IMG/VR virus record: IMGVR_UViG_3300045988_147738
Span: 38,432-102,431 of that record
Length of the DNA: 64,000 nucleotides
Strand: one strand, 5' to 3'
DNA from: a virus
The notes under the pieces: model-generated
The model's input: only the letters and a program-made list of their open reading frames with translations
Told to the model about the DNA's origin: nothing
Databases searched by the model: none
Position numbers and translations under genes: made by a program
In this document: piece by piece, positions 40,970 through 51,557 of the stretch
How positions within the stretch are numbered: position 1 is the first letter of the stretch
Layout: each line of letters starts with the position of its first letter

Positions 40970-43693
40970 ATGGCTTTATTTAAAATTAATAAAGGTTTAG
41001 CAACAAACTTAGCAAAGAATATGCCTTATGCCAAAGAAGGCTTTGCATATTTTACTAAAGATGATGGTAAATTTTACATTGATATTGATGGTGATGGTAC
41101 TACTACTAAAGCTGAAATTAATGTCAATCGTATACCATTAAATGCTGCTAAAGCTGATATAGCTACAATGATTCAAGCTACAGCAATGGCAACTGATGAT
41201 AGTAAAGTATATCCTATTTTAGCATTTAATATAACTGATTCTACTAAGAATTTAGTTGAAGCTAAGTATAGCCAAATTGGCATTAAAAATGGCACTCTTG
41301 TTATTCCAAGTGTTGAAGATAAAGATGAAATTCTTATTTCTAATGAGGGCCTTGGCCGAGGTATTGTTATTGATAACAAAGGTACTAATAATGCTATTGA
41401 AATTCTTAATGGTAAAGGTATTAAAGTTGCACAAGATCCAACTGAAAATTTAGAATTAACTACTAAATAGTATGTTGATAATAAATTAGCTAATAAATCA
41501 AATACCGGACATAATCATGATGCAACCTATAAAAAAATTCAAACAGCAGTACCTAGTCCTAAAGCATCTAATACAGATATTTCATTTATTGATACAGTAT
41601 CATAGGATACTTAGGGTAAAATTACTGCTACTAAAAAAACAGTAAGAGATGCTTCAGCTAGTCAATCCGGTGTTGTATCTACTGGGACTCAAACATTTGC
41701 CGGAGAAAAAACATTAAATAATAAAACTCATTTTTCTAAAGGCTTTGATCTAAAAACTGATAACGGAAATGCTTAGTTTAATGCTAATACTGTAAGTGTT
41801 AGCGGTGGTACTGATTATGTTGATTTATATGCCTCTACTGTTGGGGGTGGAAATGACAATAAGGCTAGACCATTAGTATTAAATGCTAATGCAAATGGTT
41901 CTGGTAATGTAGGTATTGGAATTACTTAGCCAACAGAGAAATTAGAGGTAGATGGCAATGTTAAAGCCATTTAGTTTAAAGGTAATGCTGATACAGCTGA
42001 TAAATGGAAAACGGCTAGAAAACTAACAATTGGTTCCACTGGAAAAGATGTTGATGGTAGTGCTGATGTTAACTGGTCATTAGATGAAATTGGTGTAGCT
42101 GCAAAAAAACATACTCATACTAAATCAGATATTACAGATTTTGCCCATACACATGATGATAGATATGTTATTAAGTCTGGCGACACAATGAGTGGAACAT
42201 TGAGAGTCCTTGAAAATGGTATCGGTAGCGATCTTAATAATGATGGAGTATCTCTTGCAAATAATTCAATTCTCTTATGTAGTGGAGGCTATGAGGATTA
42301 TGAATATTTTCAATTGGGAGGAACATCACAGCGTCCTGATATTTTTATAGATCGTCCAGGAAATCCAATAACATCAACTTCATCATTACCGAGAGATGAA
42401 AATATTCCTTCAGAAGCTCCTGCTTTATCCATTCGAGGTAATAATTTACAAAATGGATTTACATTTTATATAGATAAATTAATAGACCCTGAGAATTCGC
42501 TTGATACTGGTATGGGAAAGATATGGCTTCGTTCATTAACCAATCAAGCCGTTCAATTAAAAGGTATTTGCGGTCCAACAGAAGATGAGGATGCTGCTAA
42601 TAAATATTATGTTGACAATTAGATATCCACAAAGAATACTAATTTAATGGGTATAGTTTCTCACACTTATGTTAAAAAATCCGGTGACACAATGACCGGG
42701 GATTTAACTCTTAATAAAAAATTAATAGCAAATAATCTTATAGTTTTAAAAAATGGATAGACTTATGGAACCAGCGCTCCTACCAGTGGCACAACTGGTC
42801 AGTTATTCTTCGCTCAAGATACTAGTGATTCAGATTATTTGCCATTAACAGGTGGTACATTAAGTGGTAATTTAACTCTTAATGAAAAATTATTAATTAC
42901 TAATAAAATGTATGGAACTACAAAGCCTAACAATCCAGTAGAAGGACAAATTTTCTTCCAAGAGAATGATGGCTCTTTAACATTACCTGCTGGAGGAACA
43001 GCTGGATAGTATTTAGTTAAAAATAGTTCTAATGATAGCGATGCTAGTTGGAAGAGTTTACCTGCATTAAATTATTTACCATTATCTGGTGGTACTTTAA
43101 CAGGAAATCTTACTATTTCTCATTCAGATACAAATGATGCTACTGTTCGTGTTACTAATTCAAAAGGATCTATCGGATTATTATCTTCTACCAATCGTGG
43201 TCTATATGATTATACTAAGAGTAAATGGTTAATCTATACAGATGGTACAAAAGCTTCAACTTCTTACGCGTTATATGGCGCAGTATGGAATGACTATGCT
43301 GAATTCCGTGAAGGAGATACTATTGATGCTGGTCGTTGTGTAGTTGAAGTTGGTGATGATACTCTTATTACTTCGACTGAACGTTTGATGCCGGGTGCGA
43401 ATATTACATCTGATACATTTGGTTTTGCTATTGGTGAGACTGAACAAGCTAAAACTCCAATAGCAGTAAGCGGACGTGTTTTGGCTTATCCATATGAATC
43501 TCGTGAAGAGTTTAAAAAGAATGTTGGACGTCCAGTATGTTCCGGCCCTAATGGGACAGTTTCTATTATGACTGATGAAGAATATAGAAATAAAGGTTAT
43601 TGCGCGATTGGCACGATTTCAGCAGTTCCTGATTATGAAGAATGGGGAACTGGAAAAGTTAAAGTTAATGGGCGCGTATGGATTAAAGTGTGA
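40970..43693 (+). CDS. Tail fibre protein, 907 aa
   Basis: GAAGGGAG RBS. The N-terminus MALFKINKGLATNLAKNMPYAKEGFAYFTKDDGKFYIDIDGDG carries the shared module. Fibre-type repeats include SGDTMSGTL, KKSGDTMTGDLTLN, HTHTKSDITDFAHTHDDRY and LPLSGGTLTGNLT. Frame 2 was hand-verified across 41470-42188 and 42622-43385. Stop is TGA at 43691-43693. The C-terminal domain is shared with the 35230 gene. Confidence 0.7.
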
Positions 43694-43714
43694 TAAAGGA
43701 GAGTGAATTAATAT

Positions 43715-45442
43715 ATGGCAACTTATGATTTAGCAACAACATCTCCAAGCTTTACTTCCTTGCGAGCCGGAGATATTATAAATTGTTCATATAGTGGAGC
43801 AAAAAAAAATATTGATCTTCCAGCTGGTACTTATAAGTTAGAAGTATGGGGCGCTTAGGGAGGCAGTAGAAATACTAACAATCAAGGCGGTCCAGGAGGT
43901 TATTCAATAGGTACTTTAACATTAACTACTAAAACAACGCTTTATATTTATAGTGGAGGGCAACCAACAGCAGTAAAAGTTGGAGGATTCAATGGTGGTG
44001 GAGCTGGTTATACCTCTGGATATGGAGGAGGTGGAGCTTCTGATATCCGCATCGCTAAAGATAGTTTATATGCTAGAGTAATTGTTGCTGGCGGCGGAGG
44101 AGGAGCTTGTTATTCAGTTACTTTAAAAGGAGCTGGTGGAGGTACATAGGGCCTCGGAGGAAGTAATAATGAAACAACTATCGCCGGAAGTAATAGAAGT
44201 GGCGGTGGAGGCACTCAAACTCAAGGAGGCCACCCTTACGCTATAAGTGTTACTACTTATCCTGAAGCTGTGGGAACTTTTGGAAAAGGTGGAGCTGGTG
44301 GCGCAGGTAAAATTGGATATAGTTGTGGTGGAGGCGGCAGCGGCTGGTATGGTGGCGGCGGCGCTTATGATAATGACTCTGATTCTGATGGAAAAAGTGG
44401 CGGAGGCGGCAGTGGTTATGTATATACAAGTACGACTGCTGCTAATTATCCATCTGGCTGTTTATTAAATAGTAATTATTATTTAGCTAATGCTTCTACA
44501 AAAAATGGTACTGTTTCATTTGTAAAACCTGCGGGAGGAAATGAAACAGGACATACTGGCAATGGATATGCTCGTATTACTATATTAACTACAACAGCGA
44601 AAACTACTTATACTTTCAATGTTAATGGAGGCGCTTCTACTCCCGCTTCAATTACTGTAAATTGGGGAACGACTAAAACATTACCTTCTGCTATTAATCG
44701 AGCAAGTAAGGGAGTTAATTTTACTACTCTTTGTTACGGTGCAGGTGGTACAGATGTAACAGCTACTGGGCTAAAGACTGCTAATTATACATTTGCTGGA
44801 TGGAATACTAATGCTCAAGGAACTGGGACTAATTATAATGCAGGAGCTTCTATCTCATCCTCATCAACGGGAGCGACGAATTCAGTTACTTTATATGCAA
44901 AATGGAATGTTAGTTATAGTTATAGCGCTAATAACCAAATTAAAACTATTCCTCATCCTACCAGGGCCAATTCTACTACTTCTTTTACTATTAAAGGAAA
45001 CTGTAATGGTGGTATAAATAATACTTCATTAACTGGCAATTAGACTATTTCTTATACTTTTACCGGATGGAATAGTTAGTATGATGGAAAAGGTACGGCT
45101 TATGATATAAATTCAACTGCTACATTTAATGAAAGTACAATGCTTTATGCTCAATGGAATTAGACAATATCTTATAATAATAATACTATTAATTTATTAC
45201 CAATTCCTACTCGGTCTAAATATATTTTTACAGGATGGAATACTGCAGCAAATGGTAGTGGAGGGACTTATCCTAAAGGCTCTACTGAATAGATTAAATC
45301 ACCATAGACGTTATATGCTCAATGGTAGAGAGAAGCTTACAATTATGTTCCGTTTATTTATACAAATGGAAAATGGGTAAAAATGACTCCATTAATTTAT
45401 AATAATGGAACTTGGACAAATAGACTAGTTGATTTAAAATAA
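43715..45442 (+). CDS. Gly-rich fibre or adhesin-like protein, 575 aa, with three Listeria-Bacteroides-type repeats
   Basis: AAAGGAG RBS, then ATG at 43715 in frame 2. This is the frame of ORF-track 44270, not 44247. Gly-rich stretches include GGFNGGGAGYTSGYGGGGAS and GGGGSGWYGGGGAY. Repeats: YTFAGWNTNAQGTGTNY...VTLYAKWN, YTFTGWNSQYDGKGTAY...MLYAQWN and IFTGWNTAANGSGGTYP...TLYAQW. Frame verified to the TAA at 45440-45442. Confidence 0.6.
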
Positions 45443-45449
45443 AAAAAAT

Positions 45450-45495
45450 GGGAAGTGAATCATTTAGAATCACTTCCCATTTTATTATTTTCTAA
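45450..45495. terminator. Bidirectional rho-independent terminator at the end of the + strand late module
   Basis: GGGAAGTGA...TCACTTCCC hairpin between an A8 run and ATTTTATTATTTT. Confidence 0.65.
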
Positions 45496-45828
45496 TCGTT
45501 GCTTAGAATTATCAATATAATGATTTATTTTTTCATTTGAAAAATATGTAATTGGTTTATCTAATTTCCTAGCATAGCAGATTTCTTGATAACCAGTCGG
45601 CCCAATATATTCATTTTCTCCAGTAATAAAATAAATGGCATCAGCCATATTAATTTTATTTTTACTAGAGTTTAACAATCTAGTTTCTGTGTCTGATGAT
45701 AATATAATATTATCTGCATGAGCAAATACTTTAGGAGATAAAACAATATGTCCTTCGAGAGATAGGATTGCTCCTAACTTCTCGAAGGACTCTTTGAATT
45801 TAGTGCTTCCGCACAAACAAATAATCAA
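45460..45828 (-). CDS. Nucleoside 2-deoxyribosyltransferase / DNPH1-like protein, 122 aa
   Basis: LIICLCGSTKF (compare IYLAGP) and ADAIYFITGENEYIGPTGYQEICYARKLDKPITYF (compare aDxvva.ldG...GTxxEIGyAxAlgKPv). TTG start directly after the upstream TAA. TGA stop. Confidence 0.5.
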   Translation of the reverse strand: MIICLCGSTKFKESFEKLGAILSLEGHIVLSPKVFAHADNIILSSDTETRLLNSSKNKINMADAIYFITGENEYIGPTGYQEICYARKLDKPITYFSNEKINHYIDNSKQRLENNKMGSDSK

Positions 45829-46242
45829 TTAATCTTCAACCTTTTTAGGCTGAGCTTTATTTGTGTTGACCTCAGACTCGATTTTAGTAGTAATATATCC
45901 ACTTAAATCACCAAGGGCTTCATCAAGATACTCTTTAGCATCTTCAGTCAGAATACCCATTACGGCGTCATAAGTCTTTTTGAATGCTTCCAATTGAGCA
46001 TTTTTATCAAATGCATTTTGCCCCTTCAGACTTTCAACATATGTTTGATTTGTTGCTAATACACAATCAGTAATTGTTTTATTAAGCATGTCCATATATT
46101 TTTGAAGAGTTTCATCATTGGTTTTAGCCTTCAATTCATTGGTTTTAGACTGAATAAAACGAACCAAGAATAAAGAGACAGCTGTTAGTACTGGAACAAT
46201 AAGAATATTGAAAATTTGTTGTAGCATTTCTAGCCAATCCAT
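45829..46242 (-). CDS. Holin-like protein, 137 aa. N-terminal transmembrane helix and long coiled-coil tail, LL-H-holin-like architecture.
   Basis: AGGAGG RBS. MDWLEMLQQIFNILIVPVLTAVSLFLVRFIQ followed by a charged helical region. No TAG codons. Confidence 0.45.
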   Translation of the reverse strand: MDWLEMLQQIFNILIVPVLTAVSLFLVRFIQSKTNELKAKTNDETLQKYMDMLNKTITDCVLATNQTYVESLKGQNAFDKNAQLEAFKKTYDAVMGILTEDAKEYLDEALGDLSGYITTKIESEVNTNKAQPKKVED

Positions 46243-46375
46243 AAATTATTTCCTCCTATTCTATTTTCTGTATTATAAAATAAATTTTTGGAAAAGTCAA
46301 TAAATGTCAATTCCTATTTAATATGAAAAATATTCTAGATAGTTTTCTCGAAAATAACCAGGCAAAAACCATTAA

Positions 46376-46404
46376 TTGGTCCATCTTAATTTACATTATA
46401 TAAT
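46376..46404 (+). promoter_or_regulatory. Candidate promoter for the 46491-48772 gene block
   Basis: TTGGTC, 17-nt spacer, TATAAT (about 46397-46402), upstream of the operator-like repeats. Confidence 0.35.
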
Positions 46405-46416
46405 GGAGGAGCTTAG

Positions 46417-46465
46417 TAAAATTTTTTACACCATTGTAAAATTTTTTACTCCGCTGTAAAAAATT
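46417..46465. repeat. Operator-like direct repeats. Two copies of GTAAAATTTTTTAC plus the variant GTAAAAAATTT, each near-palindromic.
   Basis: tagTAAAATTTTTTACaccattGTAAAATTTTTTACtccgctGTAAAAAATTTgg lies between the candidate promoter and the ATG at 46491. Confidence 0.4.
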
Positions 46466-46490
46466 TGGAAAGCGAGGTATTTTCTAGAAA

Positions 46491-46931
46491 ATGTATCCAA
46501 ACAGTTATAACTATTATCCTCAATCTCAAAATCCCTACCTGAATCGTTATATGCCTACTAACCAATATACTCAACAACTTCAAGGATTAAAAGGTCGGCC
46601 GGTCTCTAGTCTTGAAGAAGTTCGAGCAACAGGTATTGATTTTGACGGGTCGGTTTTCTATTTTCCAGACCTAGCAAATCGACGTATCTACACAAAACAA
46701 ATCAATTTAGATGGAACAGCTTCATTAAATATGTATGAATTAAAAGCTACTCCTCCTCCAACAGCATAGCCAGAAGCAACACCATCTGACGCTTCTTATG
46801 TAAGCAAAGAAGAATTCGAGAAAACAGTCACAATTCTAGTTAATGAAATTAATAAACTGAAAGGAGCTAACGCAGATGAATCCAAACCAAATGATGAATC
46901 CAATGGCGATGCTACAGAATTTAAATTCTAA
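46491..46931 (+). CDS. Tyr/Pro/Gln-rich N-terminus protein, 146 aa
   Basis: MYPNSYNYYPQSQNPYLNRYMPTNQYTQQ.... One TAG. TAA stop at 46929-46931. Confidence 0.5.
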
Positions 46932-47082
46932 TCCCTTATTCCAATAGGCACAAAGAATGGCTCAAGGAAAATCAGAAGCAGAGATTATTCAAATCGCACG
47001 TAATATCTGCCGAGAAAAGGGAATCAATTTTGATGAAGCTTATTCTATCTTCCAATCTCAATATAATTAGAAAGGAATGTAA
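46876..47082 (+). CDS. Small protein, 68 aa, overlapping the 3' end of the previous gene in another frame
   Basis: A GAAAGGAG RBS lies 9 nt before the ATG at 46876, inside the upstream gene. Frame 1 is open, with two TAGs, to the TAA at 47080-47082. Confidence 0.4.
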
Positions 47083-47087
47083 AAATT

Positions 47088-47765
47088 ATGGCTTTAACTG
47101 AAAACGGATTATCTCCTGCTGATATCATGGCAATGACCCAAGGCGACAATAACAATAATGGTTTTGGCGGCACTTGGACTTGGGTATTCTTCTTATTCTT
47201 CCTACTGGCTTGGGGAGGCGGCGGATTATTTGGCGGCGGTTCTACTCAAGGCGCTTTAACTCGCGCTGAATTAGCTGATGGCCTAGGTCGTCAAGATATG
47301 TTCCGCAATCAAGATATGATCCTTACCGAAGTAAGCGCATTTGAACGTGATGCTACTAACCGTTGGGGTAATATCCAATACGAAGTAATGAAAGGGTTAA
47401 ACGATAATCGTTTCGCCCAGCAAGAATGTTGTTGCACAACTAATCGCAATATTGACGCTGTGAGATATGAGAATGCTAAAAATACTTGCGATATTGTAAA
47501 TACTAGCAACTTAAATACTCGTGATATTTTAACTAATCAAAATGCTGGTGTCCAGCGTATTCTTGATTATTTAACTACCGATAAAATTGAAGGTCTGCGT
47601 ACTGAATTGCAGTCTGCCAACTTAACAATTCAGAACATGAATCAGACTTCTGATTTATTAAATGTCTTACGTCCATATCCTACTCCTGCATATATTACTT
47701 GCAGTCCTTATACTTCAAGTAATATTTATAATGCATTTAGTGGATGCGGAGCTTGCGGTAATTAA
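47088..47765 (+). CDS. Membrane protein, 225 aa
   Basis: AGAAAGGAA RBS. The TM segment WTWVFFLFFLLAW is followed by GGGGLFGGG. No TAG. TAA stop. Confidence 0.6.
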   Translation: MALTENGLSPADIMAMTQGDNNNNGFGGTWTWVFFLFFLLAWGGGGLFGGGSTQGALTRAELADGLGRQDMFRNQDMILTEVSAFERDATNRWGNIQYEVMKGLNDNRFAQQECCCTTNRNIDAVRYENAKNTCDIVNTSNLNTRDILTNQNAGVQRILDYLTTDKIEGLRTELQSANLTIQNMNQTSDLLNVLRPYPTPAYITCSPYTSSNIYNAFSGCGACGN

Positions 47766-47823
47766 TTTATTGAGGGAGGAAATATCCTCCCTCTATTCTA
47801 ACTAAGAAAGGAGTTCATACGAA

Positions 47824-48244
47824 TGAGTACTTGTTCAAATTGCTCTAACCCAATTCTAACGACTACCTCTACAACTAGCTAGACTCTTGCTACGGGTAAT
47901 CCTATTCCACTTCAAAATAATATATTCCAAAGTGGCTGTGGTATTTCTCATATCGCAGGCAGTCCTGCGATTAGTTTAACTCGAACCGGCACTTATTTAG
48001 TTGCAGTTACTGCAACTGGTGATGCTGGCTCTGGCAACACATTTTCAGTCTAGGCTTACAATAATGGAACTGCCATTCCAACCGCAATTGCAAGTCTAGT
48101 TGACACTGGTACAGTTCATTTTACTACATTAGTAAAAGTTCTGCCATCATGTCGTTCTATAAATAACAATGCCAATTTGACATTTGTTAACACTGGTGCA
48201 ACAACCTATTCAACTGTTGAAGTCGATATCATAAAGGTCGGGTG
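47824..48244 (+). CDS. Small Cys-containing protein, 139 aa
   Basis: AAAGGAG RBS. MSTCSNCSNP.... Two TAGs. TGA stop at 48242-48244. Confidence 0.5.
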
Positions 48245-48250
48245 AGTTGA

Positions 48251-48772
48251 ATGGATTGCCAAGAATATATGATTTCTATAATTAAACGCCAAACAGAGGG
48301 AGTAGTTTATCACGAAAATATGACTGACTATTACCGTTTTTTATGTTTAGATGGTTTAAAAGAAATCCATTGTCATCAATCTTAGGAAGAATTAGAAACT
48401 CTTCAATGTATTAAAGATTGTTATGCAAAAATATATTTTTCAATTCCACAATTTGAAATGGAAAACACAACATTAATTCCAGCAGAATGGTATAGTAAAA
48501 CATCTATGGATGTTACCAAAGGAGCCATTAAATCATTAAGTAAAGAAAGTCTCTACCATTGGCTCGATTGGGAGAAGGAAACAGTGAGCATCTATAAAGA
48601 GGCTGCTATGCACTTCAAAGAAAATATGGCATTCCACGAGTTAAAAATAGCTAAAAAATTAATTAAAAATGTTTCCGCAGAAATTTGTGAAATTGAAGGA
48701 TTGATTACAGAAGGGTTAGCTTACGATTTTAGCCCTGAATTTTTAAAATATTATTATAAAATAGAAGAATAA
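48251..48772 (+). CDS. Ferritin/rubrerythrin-like four-helix-bundle candidate, 173 aa. Extends ORF-track fragment 48458 upstream through one TAG.
   Basis: Repeated E..H motifs: EGVVYHE, KEIHCH, ENMAFHE. Frame 2 is open from the ATG at 48251 to the TAA at 48770-48772. Confidence 0.45.
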
Positions 48773-48781
48773 ATTATTATA

Positions 48782-48822
48782 AGCCGAGAATTAAGTTTTA
48801 TTTAATTCTCGGCTATTTTTTA
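48782..48822. terminator. Bidirectional rho-independent terminator
   Basis: AGCCGAGAATTAA, loop, TTAATTCTCGGCT, followed by T-rich sequence. Confidence 0.7.
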
Positions 48823-49314
48823 TTCTTTGTAGGTAGATAAACTATTTCTAAATTTCTATTCTACCATTTGGAATAGTTTATCTCCTGTATGATTTCCATT
48901 CATTTTATTATATGTCTCATGGTCGCTCTCAATTTCTTCAAATTCATCGAGAGTGATTTCATGGTCTGGATTTAATAATTTTCGACAATCATTTTTAAAT
49001 TGTTTTCCCTAAATAGATAAAATACCATCTCTTACAACATCTATTTTATCATTTACATTATAAATTTCTTGTTTTAAACTATCGTTTTCTTGTTTAGATA
49101 AATTTCGCTCAGTTTGCAGTAAATTAGCTGTAGTTTTATGTTCATCACTAATTTTACTTTTTAATTCTTTAATAATTTTTTCATGAGCTTCATCTTCTAA
49201 ACGCTATTTTTCTTTTTTATATAAGTTATAAAAATATTTAGCTAAACCCGTAAGTCCTAATGCGATTATACCAAATAAAAACTCAAGCCAATATTTGGCG
49301 ATAAAATCAAGCAT
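48820..49314 (-). CDS. TM plus coiled-coil protein, 164 aa (lysis-associated or spanin-like candidate). Absent from the ORF track because of 3 TAGs.
   Basis: GGAAAGGAG RBS. MLDFIAKYWLEFLFGIIALGLTGLAKYFY followed by a long charged helix. Hand-translated to the TAA at 48820-48822. Confidence 0.5.
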
Positions 49315-49320
49315 TTAAAA

Positions 49321-49383
49321 AACTCCTTTCCGTAAGAATCTCTATCCATTTGTTCTTACAAATAAGGAGTTATTTTTTTTTGT
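49321..49383. terminator. Extended imperfect hairpin followed by T9. Terminator for the minus-strand replication operon, or bidirectional.
   Basis: AACTCCTTTCCGTAAGAA...TTCTTACAAATAAGGAGTT. The 5' arm is the reverse complement of the RBS of the 48820-49314 gene. Confidence 0.5.
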
Positions 49384-49392
49384 ATTTTGGCC

Positions 49393-49902
49393 TTATTCCC
49401 AATTATACTCTTCTTGAGATTTAGTGAAATATGCAGTATATAAACATATAGCATCACATACATCATCATTAGCCACTATACCATATTTATTTTTTACAAA
49501 CTCAATATCTGCTTGTTTAAGTGCTACTCGTTTTACTTTTGGACCAAGTTTCATTCCAAGTAATTTTCGCCATGATGATGAATTCATAAATTCAATAAAA
49601 TCGTAATCAATGCTAGTATCAATACTATGAGCACCTAATGCCACAGACCCTTGAAGCCACATTAAAACACGTTCAGTATGAGACTTATTCCCATATGCTT
49701 CTGGATGCACATCTTCTGCAACTATTTTACCAACACTATTTTCTTTTATCAAATCTACAATTTTATCAGTCATTTGTTTAATACGTTCAAGAGTATTGTC
49801 TCCTGAAATAGGAATTAATCCCCATTTGAGCATTTCCCCTTTTTCAGAAGATAAACACCATCCAGTAGATTTAGATGATAAATCTAAAAATAATATATTC
49901 AT
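49393..49902 (-). CDS. RuvC-like Holliday junction resolvase, 169 aa
   Basis: MNILFLDLSSKSTGW.... The size, layout and context match RuvC-family phage resolvases. Confidence 0.65.
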   Translation of the reverse strand: MNILFLDLSSKSTGWCLSSEKGEMLKWGLIPISGDNTLERIKQMTDKIVDLIKENSVGKIVAEDVHPEAYGNKSHTERVLMWLQGSVALGAHSIDTSIDYDFIEFMNSSSWRKLLGMKLGPKVKRVALKQADIEFVKNKYGIVANDDVCDAICLYTAYFTKSQEEYNWE

Positions 49903-50459
49903 TAAGTTAGACTAGCTTGATTGGCTTCTGGGCTACTTGTAGTAGAACCAAACCCACCAAGCCGTTGACCAAAAGCATTATCATCATCTGTTGTTAGATA
50001 AGACTTAATAATACCTTGGCCAATTTTATCTCCCTTTTTAAGTTGAATATCAAATGGAGTAAGATTAATTACTTGAAAATAAATATGTCCTTCATTATCG
50101 GGATTATTATAATAATCAGCATCAATAATACCCACTCCATTAGCAAGAATAATCCAATGCTTTAGTGGAGTAGAACTACGTACTGATAATTCAAGATATG
50201 TATCCGCATCAAGACAACATTTAATTCCAGTAGGAATAAGAGTAGGTTTTATTTTTAATTCTTTAGTAAAACTAGCCATTTCAGTTAGAGTATAAGTATG
50301 GCCTGTTCTACCCCATCGAACCATTTCACTCATTTGGTTAGAATAAGATGGGATTACAATATCATCGGCCACAGTAAAATCATATCCGGCGGAATTCACT
50401 GTGCTACGAGTAGGAATTACAGCATCAGGGTATTTAGAAACTCTTTCAAACTTAATCAT
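49902..50459 (-). CDS. dut: dUTP diphosphatase, 185 aa
   Basis: Trimeric dUTPase motifs: AGYD, RSS, GVIDADY, GDKIGQ, GGFGSTT. Confidence 0.85.
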   Translation of the reverse strand: MIKFERVSKYPDAVIPTRSTVNSAGYDFTVADDIVIPSYSNQMSEMVRWGRTGHTYTLTEMASFTKELKIKPTLIPTGIKCCLDADTYLELSVRSSTPLKHWIILANGVGIIDADYYNNPDNEGHIYFQVINLTPFDIQLKKGDKIGQGIIKSYLTTDDDNAFGQRLGGFGSTTSSPEANQASLT

Positions 50460-50710
50460 TAGAAATCAATTTGCTCCCCATATTTAATATTAACAACAGA
50501 AATAGGGTCTTTTTCATCATTGAATTTCTTGGTTAATGAAACTTGATACCATTCATCAATGATTTCTCCCTTCTATTTCTTTTCTTTTTTTACAGAACTA
50601 TACTTAGCTAATTCATACATACTATCATGCTTAGCCTTCTCAATTAAAGAAGCAGCACTAGCTTCATCATCAACTCTATATACTTCAGTTGTACTTACTA
50701 GGTATTCCAT
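50459..50710 (-). CDS. Small protein, 83 aa, read through one TAG
   Basis: Its ATG overlaps the upstream TAA, and its TAA overlaps the dut ATG. The frame was hand-checked. Confidence 0.4.
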
Positions 50711-50952
50711 TATTTTCCTTCTCCACAATCAATAATTAGATTTAAATTTTCATATGCATAATTAGTTTTACAAAATTCCATCATTCTTTGTTTCATTTCA
50801 AATGTGTAATCAGTAATACCTAACAAATGAATTACATTAATATTATTATTTTTGCAGTAGGATGGAACAGCTTCAATCATATCGTCGAACGTACAACTAA
50901 ATGTATCTATGATATTGCCATTATTATCTACTGCATAAATTTGTTGAACCAT
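50710..50952 (-). CDS. Hypothetical protein, 80 aa
   Basis: Intact ORF in the operon. No recognisable motif. Confidence 0.4.
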   Translation of the reverse strand: MVQQIYAVDNNGNIIDTFSCTFDDMIEAVPSYCKNNNINVIHLLGITDYTFEMKQRMMEFCKTNYAYENLNLIIDCGEGK

Positions 50953-50984
50953 ATCAAATGGCTATAAGCTACAAAATAAACGAT

Positions 50985-51530
50985 TCACGAAAAATCCACC
51001 ACCCCTGCATCATATCCAAATAAATAGAACATATAAATATTATCATCAATAGACATCCAAATTTCAATAGCGCCTTGTTCTTCATTCCAATCTAATGTTT
51101 TGATTTTACCAACATCAGCGAGGCAATCTAATACAGATTTACCGAATGAATCAGCAATAATTGTTGGTTCATAATGGAATACAGTATAATAATTATAATC
51201 TCTACATAACATAAGATAATAATTATTATTCACTTTTCGATGATAACTATTAATTTTTTGTTGATAATCTCCTAATGTATCTGTATCGGGGTCTGGTAAT
51301 GAACGCACTAAAGATTTATTTAAATCATATAAATTTAAGTTTAAATTAGCTTTAGTATCATCAATTTTGTCGACAGTACCATAATTTGGTACTTCTTCCC
51401 ATTTATTATCTATATAACAATATACTTTTTTATCATCAGTATATGCTACTACCCCATTTTCAAATACTTGAGGAGAATATTTTAATTCATCAATGGTTTT
51501 TACACCAATACATTTTAATCCATTAGTCAT
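50985..51530 (-). CDS. Hypothetical protein, 181 aa
   Basis: Intact ORF in the operon. Confidence 0.45.
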   Translation of the reverse strand: MTNGLKCIGVKTIDELKYSPQVFENGVVAYTDDKKVYCYIDNKWEEVPNYGTVDKIDDTKANLNLNLYDLNKSLVRSLPDPDTDTLGDYQQKINSYHRKVNNNYYLMLCRDYNYYTVFHYEPTIIADSFGKSVLDCLADVGKIKTLDWNEEQGAIEIWMSIDDNIYMFYLFGYDAGVVDFS

Positions 51531-51557
51531 TTATTATCCTCCATTTTTTATATTATA

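Noticed and set aside
1-45442. Reading the many short + strand ORFs as a degraded, pseudogene-ridden region
   Set aside because: The frame is preserved across every TAG. TAA and TGA are never internal. Each gene ends with TAA or TGA followed by an RBS plus ATG, and conserved motifs span the TAGs. This is recoding, not decay.
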